DNA from: Phoronis australis
Lineage: Eukaryota > Animalia > Phoronida
Reading direction: 5' to 3'
Assembly: GCA_002633005.1 (NCBI GenBank)
Contig: NMRA01000294.1
Location: 1 to 64,000, forward strand
Length of the DNA stretch: 64,000 nucleotides
In this document: in pieces, positions 50,458-63,595 of the stretch
Layout of the letters: every line of letters begins with the position of its first letter
How positions within the stretch are numbered: the first letter of the stretch is position 1
Translations under genes and position numbers: made by a program
Notes under the pieces: generated by a model
Told to the model about the DNA's origin: nothing
Database searches by the model: none
Seen by the model: the letters and a program-made list of their open reading frames with translations, nothing else

Positions 50458-51581
50458 GACGTCACTGAGGCTGTACCGTGGGTGAAGGCAATAAGGTAAA
50501 TCAAGCTTATTATGTATATAGCTCATTGGGTTGATGCCTCTCGGCTACAGAACTGTGGTCTGTGATCTCGGTTCTCAAAAGTTCGTAATACAAGTTTACT
50601 GCCATGTAGTGTTGACTATTAGTGGAACAATGCCGTTCTCGGAACGGGCCAGGAAAGGGCCCCGACTGCGTAGCCTTGCCTTAGTGCAAGCTGTATAGTA
50701 ATACTTACAGCGGCCGTTGCACCGACGTGGGTAAAAATTGATCAAATAAAATCTAACACAAAATTAGTGTCATTAAAAATTACACTCTTCCTTGAGTAAA
50801 CTAAATTATTGACTGGTGTTGAAAAAATTGGTGTTCTGCCGTTCACTCTGCTGCTAAAATTTGGGTGCGCTCTTTAAGGTCGGCTTTCAGTGCCTTCCCC
50901 TGTTGCCTTATTGGCCAGTTTCATTCCCAGAGTTGTTCTTCTTCCAAGCGATCGAACTGTTCTTCGAATTTGTGTACATGTCAAAACAAATTACTAGAAC
51001 TGATTTCATTTCCTTACAAGTTTTTAGTATTTTAATACCAGGAAAACGAATTTCAAAAAAAATTGCTACTGCGAAGCTGTCATCATTTCCCGACAGATGT
51101 CGCAAAATTTTAGGAAATAGCGTGTGTTGAGCGTACTGTTTTCTTTGTTACAAAAGGCTGAGAGTTATGAAATAAAATAATGTTTACTAGATTGTTTTCC
51201 ACTTACATGGCTCCACTCCGGAGCGGGCAAGGTGAGTGTCGGTTGACACCCAGATATTTGCACGCTCCCCTGCCGGTTTAGAGCTCTACATGTTGATACA
51301 AGTAACGCAACGACGTGACGAGCAGAACTATCCAGTCTATGTTAAATTTCGGAGTCTAACGGAGCTCAACACACAGTGCTACTGGTACCTAGTTGTATTT
51401 TGAAGATTATAAGTCTTCACACAGCTAGCTGAGGCTGGCTAGGCCCGGGTATGAATCAAAGTCAGAGGAAAGAAAAACGAAAAAGGTCATGAGTATGCAC
51501 ATGTTCATCTGTCAACTGGACTAACGTACTCGCACGGCTAATGACCTTTATCTCTTTGTGCTGTACAGCCTCAGTGACGTC
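50458..51581. mobile_element. Unclassified element bounded by a perfect 19-bp inverted repeat
   Basis: GACGTCACTGAGGCTGTAC ... GTACAGCCTCAGTGACGTC. Confidence 0.6.
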
Positions 51582-51747
51582 GCGAAAAACAGCTCTTGCA
51601 GTACATGGGGCTTTACGGAACTAAAAATTTTTTACTTTTCAAAGAGAAAAAGAAAAACAATGTGCACTATTTAGGAATATGTGGATGCCAGTAACCAACC
51701 TTCATACATTCAAAATTCATATTAAAAGGCCGAAATATGTAGTTCAG

Positions 51748-52800
51748 GCCTCTTAATGTACAGTAATTCCTTATTAGGTTGTCTGAAGATAATGCTAACT
51801 GAACTGGTTTGGTGATTGTTGCTAACACAATGCCTATATATGTTGCTTTTCTCTCGTGAGGTGTGATGTTCTTTCAGCCTGTCACTGTGTGAGTCTGACA
51901 TAGAATTCCTTACAGTTGCCACATTCAACATTATAAACAACATTGCTCTTAATCAATAAAGGGATGGGTGACTTCAGTTTACACAGCATATTGGAAAGTT
52001 TCCAAAGAGGTTTGAAAACAACAATCAGTTCAACAGCTGGGTCTTAATGCAATGAATAAGGCAAGACTAATTGACGTTTCAATTTTATACTTTAACTTGA
52101 CCCGGTGTAGCCAAGGGAAAAGAAAATTTTCTTTTTATCGGGTCCAGTAACAGCTTCCTTATCTGCCTCATTCATTTTTGAAAGGAAGTGCCTTTTGCAG
52201 CTATTAAAAAAATTCAGAGGGTAACCATTGGCACGCAATAACTGGAAAATCCTAGCTACGTCACTATCAAAATTTAAATTGGTGGAACAAATTCTCCAGG
52301 CACAGTGTAACAAGCAATTGACTAGATCTTTCTTGTATTTGATAGGCACAAAACTATCAAATTTAAGATAAAGCCCACAAAAACTGGGCTTAGGATACAC
52401 AGATGTAACAACTGTAATATTCTCATGTTTAACAAAGACATCGCAGAGAAAAGCAACATATATAGGCATCATGTTACCAACAATCATCAAGCCAATTCAG
52501 TTAGCATTATCTGCAGAGAACCTAATAAGGAATTACTGTACATTAAAGAGTCATTGGCCATTCAGAACCAGCATGCTACTGATTCTCTGAACAACGTGCA
52601 GAGCTCAGTGACTCTGCAACTATGGTGATGACCAGCTACTGGCTATATTCCCTGTATCTCTCATTTCACTTTATGGATGTTATCTGAGCTGTATGCTGTA
52701 CTCTGTAAATATGATCCCGATGATGTCTAATGAATAGACGAAACGTTGACTGAACATGAAGTTTTTTATTTGTGCGGCAATCATCTAGTTTTTAGTCTAA
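51748..52800. mobile_element. Degenerate Penelope/Poseidon-type PLE with inverted arms (- 51748-52437, + 52438-52800)
   Basis: Thumb region LYLKFDSFVPIKYK...RIC...NGYP; GIY-YIG C-terminus SNIYRH...ELLYIKESLAI...LN present on both strands. Confidence 0.8.
52717..52750 (+). ncRNA. Minimal hammerhead-like motif in a PLE tail (variant core)
   Basis: CCGATGA-T-GTCTA-atgaa-TAGAC-GAAAC; perfect stem II; core reads CCGA instead of CUGA. Confidence 0.6.
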
Positions 52801-53182
52801 CAAGAGTGTGTTTGCAAACTATATGAATTTAATAAAACAGTTCATATTTGTCCACATATAGTTACCTAAATCGCCTATGTCCACCTGCAGAAGTGCAGTT
52901 ATTGGTTCCATATTCCAAAATGGCAGCTTTGACGTAGGTCATCAACACGATGAAGCGGCGATACATGCTAACTCGAGACAAAATGGCTGTGGGTACAGTG
53001 TGAGTTAACTTGTATGTTATGTAAACTTCACCTCTGTTTCATTCAAAGCAGGATTTGCTGGCCAAAAGTTTGTCTGGAAATTAATCAATAACAAAGATCC
53101 TTGTACAATAGAAACATTAATTTGCTATGAATACTTGAAGACCTGTTCTAAGTCCATTCTAGGGCTTCAAAAACAAATCATT

Positions 53183-54904
53183 AACAAGAGCAACGCGGAG
53201 CGTTGAAATGCGCCCATGAATGCATCGCAAACGGTGTGCTTTTAGGGTTGTTTATTTATGTCATAAAAATGGCCACTAGATGGCGCAAAAATGTACAATC
53301 CATCCGAAAATAGGAACATGTCATATTTTCTTTAATAGAAAGCTATTCACCAGATTTCATAGAAAATTGTCACGGTACTTCAGAGAAACAAAGGAAAACA
53401 GAATAAAATGAAATTGCCACTAGGGGGCACAGTGTTCATTGGATCCACCTGAAAGTCGTCATTGCCTGTTGTTAGCCTCATATAAATAAACATACTAAAT
53501 TTAATAAAGATCCAGCAGTGGGTTTAGGAGATACAGCTACGGGCGCAAAACAAAACAAAACTGCCATTGGAGCTGCCACAGTAGTCAAAGTCGTCATCGT
53601 CAACCATCCTCTTCACACACAGAACATTAAAAAAATTTTCAAAACCATCCTTAGAATGATTTGGTTGATAACGGGGTGGACGCCAAAAAACAGACTCAAA
53701 AACAGCAAAAATTGCCACTAGGTGGCGCAAAATACCTCGATTCAATCCAAAAACGGGAGGATAGTGTCGTCTCACCAATAGATGCCGGTATTCAAAATTT
53801 TATGAAAATCCGTTGAGGACTTTTCAAGATACAGAGGTAAACATAAAATCTAAAATTGCCACCAAAAGTCGTCATTGTTCTTTGTCAATATCATATAAAT
53901 ACACTTGTTAAATTTAGCAAAGATCCTGCAAACGGTTTAAGAGATACAGCCATGGGCACAAAAAAAACAAAACTGCCACTAGGAGGCGCCACAGTAACTG
54001 AAGTCATCGGAAAATCATCGTCAGCCGTTCACTTCGTAGTAAAAACATACATACCAATTATCTTGAAAGCGGTTTGGTTAATAGAGTGGACGCCACAAAA
54101 CAGACTCGAAAACTATAAAAATGGCCACTAGGTGGTGCAAACTAAGTCGAATCCATCTGAAAACGGAAAGATAGCGTCACCACACTAACAGAAGCCTGTA
54201 AGACAAATTTTTGAAAATGCGTCGAGGATCTTTGAAGATACAGAGGTTAACGTAAAAAAAAATAAAGTTGCCACCAGCGGCACACCTGTTATCAAATCCT
54301 TCCGAAAGTCATCATCTTCCTTTGTCAACATCATATAAATGCACTTACTAAATTCAGTAATTAAAGATCCTGCAAACGCTTTAGGAGATACAGCCATAGG
54401 CCCAAAAAAACAAAACTGCCAGTAAAGAGGCACCACAGTCGTCGCAATCGGCAGAAAATCATAGTCAGCCATCCTCTTCGTAGTAAGAACATACATGCAA
54501 ACTTCCACAATCACCCTTAGAGCGGTTTGGTTGATAGAGGGGTGGACGACTAAAAACATACTCGAAAAAAGTAAAAATGGTTACTAGGTGGTGCAAATTA
54601 TGTTGAATCTATCCAAAAACGGAAGGATATCATCGTGTCACTAATAGATGCCAATATACTAAATTTTGTGAAAATATGTTGAGGACCTTTGAAGATATAG
54701 AGGTAAACGTAAAAAATAAAAATTGCCACTAAGGGGCACACCGGTAGTCGGATCCGTTGGAAAGTTCGCTCATGCCGTCCCATCTATGAAAGGAACACAA
54801 CATGCGCAAAATTTCATCAACATACGTCAAACGATTTTGAACGGACGGACAGACGGAGATGACAGCATAATGCGTCCACATATAACTATGTGGGCGTATG
54901 AAAA
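53183..54904 (+). mobile_element. Helentron-associated element (HINE-like), copy 2, with a longer internal array
   Basis: Same 5' end, microsatellite and 3' hairpin as 35542-36616; about 11 repeats of ~145 bp anchored on aaa(t)tgccactagg. Confidence 0.85.
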
Positions 54905-55849
54905 GTTAAAATTTGACTCAGACAGATATACACAGCAAATACACAACACTAAGGTAACTTTTTTGCCCAGTTCACATAACTCTGTGCTCATGTTTTGAAA
55001 ATAAAAAACCCTTCTCTTCTGTCCACGTATCCACCGAATTCAAAAACCACTTTTTGAAAATATACGAACACATTTTGTTTAAGGATACAACTTCTGTTCA
55101 CAAGAAAGTATCTACTGAATTCGACAATGAAAAATCAAAACTTCTGAAAATGATCTACAGAGTGGGATTTGATATCTTTTTTTTTACACATATAGCATCT
55201 ACCCACAAACAAAAATGCACGTTTGTGGAATCACTGACACATTGGTTCTACTAGTACATCTCTGTGGACTGGCAAAAATGCAACTTCTTCAAAATGCCGA
55301 CGTCACGTTTGTACAACCACATTTGTGAGGATGGAAAGCTTTGAATCTATTTTATATCGTCTTGGCATATTCATGTGGCTGGAGAATTTAACAAAAATCA
55401 TACAAAAACAGAGAACTTGTTCAAATCTTGAAACAAAAGTTACATTTTCAAATGAGTTATGTGGACAGAGCCTTAGAGATGGCACTAAAACACTTAAAAA
55501 TAGCCAAAACCATTTTTCATGAAACACCATGAAAAATTGGAATGCTTATCATAGCGAAAAAACTCAATGGTACCATAGTAAAGTCTTTTAGAGGTCAAAT
55601 AGTTGAATTTTGTGTCTAGTATGTAGCTAACCCATTACAAACAATACAAATGAAGTCATGGTAACAGTATTTAAGGTCAAGTTACATGAACGTAAAGACT
55701 CAAACATTATACTTTTATGTTTAAAATTAAAATTTAAAAGGTGACAATATGCATGCAATAATTGTAAAAAGACTTCAGATTCAAGTAATGTACCAATGGG
55801 TAGTTAGAAATAGTCATTTTGGAGCCAGAAAGTCCCAGAGAGGAGTTAA

Positions 55850-57174
55850 AGGTGAAGGCAACCTTTTTCATGTCATTTTTAGCAAGGTTCGTTGATTATC
55901 CCAGACATATTTTTTCACTTATTTACTGCTTTTCGTAATTTAATTAATTACTCGTCGTCTACTCCGGAAGTGACGTTTTGGGAGGCAAGAATTTCGTGCC
56001 AATTTCTTTTCATATAGTCTGACTGTGAGAGCTGTCGAGTCAAGTCATTGTTCTACCTCGGTTGTGATAAGTTCGGTCGTCGTTTGCTTTTGCTTAGGAG
56101 TCAGTCAACATGCCACACTGTTGCTGCATACTGGGGTGTACTCATTTTCGTCTCACGTACAGAGGAAGAACTGTCCCACTTGCCCGAGTGTCCCGCGACA
56201 CACTCCCACTGGAGGGTGATCTGCCAGGAGCACCCAAACTGCTTACATGACCCGCCATGTGACTCCCTCGCCACACACCTGGCACCTTCCAAATAGCTCC
56301 AATACAAGTCCACAATAAACTTATCAAACTTAGGCTCACCGATCTGTTCACTGAAAGACGAACTGTCCTCTTTACTGAGTGTGGAACTGGGCCTGTATTC
56401 ACTCCCACTACTCAACATCGCTGCAGAGCTGCTTACAGGCTCTGGGCTAGAGACAACAGCACAGGGCGAATCACTGCTAATTCCCGGAATTGGGGTACGT
56501 TTGGAGGCACGGGTGACAGTAGATGAAGTGCCTCCAGTCACTGTATATAGTGGTCACAGCTCGCGAGGCTTCTCGCTTCAAAAACGAACGTTTCGGGCTT
56601 GGCGACAGGGCACAGCCGGGAATCAACAGCGACGGTATGGTACCCTTCTTCAGGCGTTGTTTCGCAGGGACCTTCATCAATTCTGCATGCATATCTGTCA
56701 TAATCTGACGGCAGAAAATGCTTGCCACACACTCGGTTGAACCCTCCACTGCTTTGTAGGTTGCGTGGACGGGTAGCGCTGCGTTCTTCACATGAACGAG
56801 CTAGCCAAGTACGGCGAAGTGTGTCATCCTTCGGAAAGCGACGCAAGGAACCCAAAGTGCGTGAGACGATAATGAGTACATCGCGGCACGCAGCAACAGC
56901 GTGGCATGTTGACTGACTTGTAAACAAAAGCAAACGACGACCAAACTTAACACAACCGAGGTAGAACAATGACTTGACTCGACAGCTCTCACAGACAGAC
57001 TATAACGAAAAGAAATTGGCGCGAAACTCTTGCCTCCCAAAACGTCACTTCCGGAGTAGAGGACGAGAAATTAATCAAATTACAAAAAGCTGTAATTAAG
57101 GGAAAAATGTGTCTGGGATAATCAACGAACCTTATTTTTGATAAAAGTGACATGAAAAAAGGTTGCCTTCGCCT
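55850..57174 (-). mobile_element. Non-autonomous Kolobok(T2)-like element with ~310-bp TIRs and a THAP remnant
   Basis: TTAA on both sides, AGG...CCT termini; - strand MPRCCCVPRC...RFPKDDTLRRTW...VCGKHF...RLKKGTIPS, frameshifted. Confidence 0.9.
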
Positions 57175-57359
57175 TTAAAGTTGATAAGTCCTAACTGGTA
57201 CATTATATCTCTTATTGCCTAGAAAAGACAACATTTGGATTACAATCATATTATGTGGGTCTGGCGAATACAAAAGTGGACTTGCCTTGTTCATCTACAA
57301 TACAGTAATTGTGATTCAAACATCCCTCTGCAACACTGTTTGGTATTGTGAAACAACAG

Positions 57360-58320
57360 CAAATAGAGCATTGTACTCAATTCGGAACATTTCGATGCAT
57401 TAGTCGTGAACACCAGTGAACCTATAATGGGTCTATAGGTAGCAGTGCCAGTAATCCAAAAATTAGCAAATGGAATCTTGGTGAATATGATCCCATAAAG
57501 AAAACTCCAAGAGCAATTAACATGGAACATTAGGGAGGTGGATGACAAAGAACAGACAAAAAACAATAAAATGGCCACTTAAGGGGTGCAATGTAGGTCA
57601 AATCTGTGTGAAACACGTTAGACGCTGTCGTAGCTTAAAACAACTAATTTCCCATATTTCTTTCATGGAACTTGACAGATATCAAGGCAAATGCAAAGAA
57701 AAACAATATTGTCTCCAGGGTACTCCACAGTAGGTGAATTTGTCTAAAAAATCCACATTGCTTGACTGTACTTTTCTCAATAAAAACGCATACACATTTC
57801 ATGAAGATCCATGAAGGAATGTGGTAGAAATTGAGCAACAGGGAAATAGCAAATTTCCCATTAGAAGATGCTACATCTATTAGACAAGTCCAAAAATCAT
57901 CATCAGACATATGCACTTCACAGACAGAACACAATTCATAATAATGAACCTTGTGAGATGGACAATTAGTAAAAACAGCCACTGGGTGGTGCAGAATACA
58001 CCAGTCATCCAAAAACTGGAAAAGCATTGTCGTCTCCTTCATATATAGGTCGATATGCGTCAAATCTATCAAGGAACTCTGAAGATACAGAATAGAACAT
58101 AAAAAACTAAAATTGCATCTAGGGTGATGCAGCAGTTGTCGCATCCATGCAAATGTCTTCATCATCCATTGTCTCATTCATAGAAATACACATGCCAAAT
58201 TTTACAGCACTCATGCAACAAGTTTAAGAGACACCTACCCAAATGGCAACCATCTGAACAGACATCTGGGAAGAGATGACGACAATAAACGACAACATAT
58301 TATATATATCTGGGCGTCTA
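57360..58320 (+). repeat. Old degenerate relative of the HINE-like array family
   Basis: Remnants such as gaagatacag...aaaaactaaaattgc and atgccaaattt. Confidence 0.4.
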
Positions 58321-58915
58321 AAAAATGTACAGTTCCTACCGAAGTATTCTGGTCACCTATGCTTGCACCATCTGGGCTGGAGATCAATGTTTTAACAGAC
58401 TTGACAAACTCTGCAACGCCATCAACAAAATACCAATTATCATCAGAGTGATAGTTAAGGCAGTCCCCTGCAAAGAAAAGGAAACAACGTTGCAATAAAG
58501 AATGTTAAGGTAACTGTGAGTCAACCTTGTTACAAGGTTGTACTAATGTGTAAATGTATTAAATTCTGTTCACTCTAACCCCTACAAAATATATATTTTC
58601 TGAAAAGTGATTAAATTTCCCAACAAAATTTATTGCTCTTAATATTTACTTTAATGTCTTTATTTTATCACAAGATATATTTTTGGTAAAATTTTTTTGT
58701 TAAAACAGATAAAATCAAATTTAAAATAATGTTCCTCTAATCCCATTGGTCTTTTGTCAACACGCTGACAATGGGGAACCGTATCTCAGATTTTTGAAAT
58801 ATATCTTAGAATAATATTTTCAAAATCTCTGTTCCAAATTACTCTTTTTTCCAAAATGCATATCTCGCGAAAAAATAAAGGTTGTTAGCAAAAATTTATT
58901 CACCTGTCAGAAAAT

Positions 58916-59298
58916 TTTGTCAAAAACACGACTAGACTTTTTGCTAGCAAGCTTGATAGTGGTACGCTCGTAGTTTTTTGGTCTTCCTACTGTGTGTTGC
59001 ATTCACACTCTCTACTTGTATGCCCCTCTTCCCGGTGTCACGTGTATTTCACTGTTCGCTACGTATATGTTCATTCCACTTATTGCCTGATGATGAGACA
59101 TGCAGTCTCGAAATATATCTAGTGTTTTAATTTGTTTATTTGTTATGTCTCTTGGTGTTTTAATATATAGCTGCACACCTGAAGAAAGGAGACTGTTCCA
59201 AAGCTACGATGCTACTATCAAGCTTTCACGCAAAAAGTCTAGTTGTGTTTTTAACAAAGTTTATGTAAACGAAGGCCTGCAACCAAACTATACTTCTT
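58916..59298. mobile_element. PLE pseudo-LTR fragment (possibly Naiad-like) with an inverted arm
   Basis: Hammerhead followed by the N-terminal-like peptide TPEERRLF...KSSCVFNKVYVNEGLQPNYT; 58916-58997 is an inverted copy of 59173-59258; possible TSD tcagaaaat. Confidence 0.65.
59087..59120 (+). ncRNA. Minimal type I hammerhead ribozyme motif
   Basis: CTGATGA-T-GAGAC-atgca-GTCTC-GAAA-tatatc: canonical core, perfect stem II, palindromic stem III region. Confidence 0.75.
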
Positions 59299-60131
59299 TC
59301 AGAAAATACATACTTTGTAGGGGAAAGAGCTAAGGGAATTTAAGATATTTGAACATTAGTAAAACCTGGTAAACAAGATTCACAGTTACCATCAGTAACC
59401 CGAGTGGTGGTTGAAGACCTGCTGCGTTTGCTCTCTTGAAGTACAAAATGGTTAAATTACAAAAAGATGGCAGAAGTGAATTAAAACAGAACAACAAACA
59501 ATAGAGTCTGCTTCATTCTGTTTGCCTAAATTGTATAAAGAACTAAAATGCTAAATTTCTGAAGAGTTACACAATCTACACAGTATCAATTGACCGCACG
59601 ACACCAAAAATTTTATGCATTCTTCTATTTAAAACATGACATCCGCCTGTCAAAATAAACTTTTAATTTTGGCCACCAACCTTACAAGACTGGTTTTATT
59701 TGTTCCTTTCAGATCAGAAGTGATTTTCTGGACTTGGAAAAAGCTGGCACAAAAAATGATTTCAGAGGTCAAGGCAACTTGTGTGTCCTATTTCAGCGTA
59801 CTGTCAAGTGGCGTTCTTCAAATTATCGGAATAAGAATCTTTAATGTGAAATGTCCGGTCACCACGTGCCATTTCCTAAAATTTTGAGAAGTTTTTCGAG
59901 AGATGACAGCTTCGCAGCTGCAAGGTTAGCTTTAAAATTCGGTTTGAAATCTGGGGGAAAAAACTGGTCAAGGTCAGGTGACGTAATCACCAAAGGCCGA
60001 CTCAAACAAACGCATCACAATTTTAACGATGCTATATTTTCCAACACCAGTAAATAAGTTACCGGGTAGTTTAGTCAAGGAAGAGAGTAGCTTTGTCCAA
60101 TTGTTTACCCATACCAAGCCACCTACAATGG

Positions 60132-60221
60132 TTAGGGCAACCAATGATATGCAATGTTCCTCCCATTTGAAGACATCTTTTTTGAAGAGTTCGAACAACC
60201 AGGAGCCATACAAACAGGCAT
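60132..60221 (-). pseudogene. THAP domain N-terminal remnant
   Basis: MPVCMAPGCSNSSKK...IAYHWLP then a stop. Confidence 0.55.
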
Positions 60222-61657
60222 GGCGAAATTTTCACTGCACTTTGGCAAACAGTAACAAATAACGACAGCTGACACTATGATAAAACACGAATTAAACTCT
60301 TCACAATTTGGCACAGCAATACTTGTGATAACCACTCGAGGCTCCACTCCACCAACCACGTCACTGACATATCAGCCAATCAGTGATCGCTGTCAGGATT
60401 TCAGTCTTTTGACAATATATATGAATCTGCTTTTGTTCGGCGCACAACTCAGGCAAATGTGAGTTTTATTTGTATATTAAAACGGATTACCAGATGCATT
60501 ATTTTTACTACATTCCGCTTTTAAAGGAGAAAACAAGCATATTTTATGAGACCTTTTATAAAAACACAAATCCCAGGTTATCTTGAAAATACCCGTCGCA
60601 TGTTCATTACTGACCTATATTTACAGCTAAGCGAACAATAGAATATGACACAAATGGCCCAACAATGCCCCTCCCCCATCTCCTGGATCTGTATTCATTA
60701 AATGTATTTTAATACATTATTAGTTCTTAAAAGAACTAATAATGTCGTATTCGCTACTGAACATGGCCTGCACAGGTCATTTCCTGTTTGGTTAGTGACA
60801 TTAAATGCAATATCAAGATGTAGTCACCTTGTCAAGTCATTCATGCCACTTTCTATCTAAGGTTCAATGGATAGTACATACGTGCCAAGAGAACGATGTA
60901 ATTAATACAAAAAACGTTAACATCAAAAATGATGCTTTCCCTTCAAGATTGAAAAGTTTTGGCATTTAGGTGTGCTCATAACTTGAAAAAGGTTTACACA
61001 CTTCAATATACAAACCATCATGTGAAGAGCATCCATTCCGAAAAACCATGTTTTTGTGCATAAGCGATGGATTGTTTTTCGACTCGTTAATCTGAAAGGA
61101 GTAAAGGGCAGTAAAGTACTAGAGACAACAAAAAAAAACAAGGAAACACGAAAGAAGCAAAGACAATCATGGAAAAAATCCACAGATTGAGACATTCTCC
61201 AAAACGTGGAACACTGAAATTCAAGTTAAAATTGAATTTTCTCGATTCCAAAGATTGAGATCTTGGCGATTTTGATATTCATTATATAGGGCAGTGTGAT
61301 ATATATCAAAAGAGTCTGGAAATATACTAGCCACCAATGCACCGTTGAATCATAGTTTGTAATAATATCTCAAGTGAATATTGTCATAATCGTAGTTCTT
61401 GATATAGTAAAAGCAAATATTGCCTATTTCTAATATTTGGTACAAGCTCAAAATGTTTCTTTTGGCGTCTCACTGCTTTTGTCAGGGATTACTACAACAA
61501 TCAAAAATACGTAGCCTGTAAAAAGTATATGTCAGCAATCAAAGGAACCACCATGGAAGCTTTAGCTTATTACATTGCTTCATACACTTTGGCAAGAAAG
61601 TGGGCTATGATGTGATGATGTGTTCTACACCTGAACACTGAGGTATGAGGTTGACAC

Positions 61658-62157
61658 CAGGTTGCTAATTACAACTTTGCAAAAATCGCCAGGTCGCCAA
61701 ACAAAATCTGAGGTCGCAAAAATTGATGTCAAGATTAGCGACTAAAAAAGATCATGCTGTCTCAAATGTTTAAGCATAAATCTTCCATTTTCTCCTAGTT
61801 ATGAATACACCATTCAATTCAACAAATGTCCTGCAGACAATCGGATACACCGGAGGCTCATGCTTTAGGGGCCAGTCTAGCCTGACTTTTTGTTGACGTA
61901 TTTCCACTTCTGTTTGTTAACTTTCTGTAGCAATTTAACCGCATGTTTGAAGGTGGCAAATGCACTGATTTCATGAAATGATAGGAACAATTGTGAACCA
62001 AATGTTGGTGGTTTAAACCTTCGAACTAATTAAAGTCACCACAAATTTTGAAAGGAATTTCAGGAGAATTATTGTCAGACTTTGATACTCATGGTGGCAC
62101 AGTGGTGACTTCGGTTTCGTCCCAGGTCGCCAAACACAAAGCTGCATTAGTGACCTG
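61658..62157. mobile_element. ~500-bp MITE with CAGG...CCTG termini
   Basis: CAGGTTGCTAATTACAACTTTG / CAAAGCTGCATTAGTGACCTG; subterminal ccaggtcgccaaaca at both ends. Confidence 0.65.
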
Positions 62158-63388
62158 CACGTCCCAAAATGAAGCACTGGTGAACCTGATCAGTTCCAAA
62201 GCATATAGTAAAATCTTACTAATTTTGGATAAAAATAAATGTCAAAATGACCCATTCTTGACTCTACAAGTCAGTGCATCTAACACTGTAACGAATTGTC
62301 ACATTTTTGAAAACATCGTTTGAAAGTAGCCATGGCATAAAACTTGAACACGGAAAAGAAAATAAAATTTCACTTGTCAGCCATATTGTGCTCTAGCTAA
62401 ATGGGCAAGTTAATGCACAGCACCTATGCTGGCACCTGTGGGGAGAGAAGGCATCAAACTGCAAAATGGACAGATACCCCTGCAGCAACAGCAATCAGCT
62501 CATACATTAGAGAGGTTTTAAAGGCATCGTTCCACGTCTGTGTTTTAATGTGCCTATGGATTACTTAAACCTGTCAGAAAAGTGTGCCATATTATGAAAA
62601 ACGGAAATGGGTCACTTTGTGCCGATTGAATATAGCACTGAGGCACGCCTCATTATCCCGGTTGCTAATGTAAAACATAACACTTGATAACTGCTTAAAA
62701 CCTGAAATAATTCAAGAAAATTTACCATAGACACAAAGAGCCTGCACTCCTGCTGAATCCATACTGTTGTTTTATCATAAAAATTACAGACCTATTGATT
62801 GGAAGTAAATTTTAATTTTGCAACTTGGTCTAGTTGGCTGATTTTCCGCAAACGAGGAGTATGTTCAGAAAAAGCATTTTTGGAGCTAAACGTCAAATTC
62901 AAATTTATGCCAGGGCTATACAAAAAATACACCAGTTCATGTGTTGCACAGTGCCAAATAAACGCACTCACCGTATCAATGTACAAATCTCAGGAGTGCA
63001 CCTTCAATAATATACTGTCATTTTCAGGAACTTTTTTGTGAACAGGATTTTTTGCAAATGAAAATGTTATAGTAGTGGAATCCACTGCGATAAGTTTTTT
63101 TTTTGGTAAGTTAATCAAATGTAAACCTTTCATCGGGACATGCGCTAAGCGTATCGTCAGAAATTCTTCCTGTAGACTAGCTCATCCACAAACATGCTCC
63201 ATAATTGACACGTGTTCATAAATTCACAATAGAAGTAGACTACATTAAAAGTGACCCAATATTTAATTCTGTACTACTAGCTTTGTTCCATCCTCCATTA
63301 TAAAAGCAGCTGAACAAACCGCAGTAGTTTCAGAAGCTTTTTCTAATTTGTAAATAAGATGATGAATGAAAGAACAATTACGTTTACA

Positions 63389-63595
63389 TTATTTACGCAT
63401 ACCAAACTTGTTGACATCATTAAATTCACACCTTCTCATACCAAGACCCAATTCTTTGTAAACATGCTTGATAGATTTACTGTCTGAGAACCCTAGCATC
63501 TTTTTGTAATCCTTCATTCGATTGGCCAAGGCCTCAAAGGACACAGATTTTTCCAGGAACTCCTTGCTGCATTTCCTCAATGCTTCCATCAAACC
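63389..63595 (-). CDS. Probable terminal coding exon of an unidentified host gene (GLMEALRKCSKEFLEKS...NKFGMRK*)
   Basis: Pyrimidine-rich tract plus AG acceptor at 63597-63596; open protein-like frame to TAA; no TE motif recognised. Confidence 0.55.
   Translation of the reverse strand, partial: GLMEALRKCSKEFLEKSVSFEALANRMKDYKKMLGFSDSKSIKHVYKELGLGMRRCEFNDVNKFGMRK

Larger units (their letters stand above)
58509..59390. mobile_element. Kolobok-like MITE hosting a PLE fragment
   Basis: TTAA-GGTAACTGTGAGTC ... GATTCACAGTTACC; further mirrored subterminal segment (58583-58607 vs 59296-59320); right TTAA not conserved. Confidence 0.55.
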
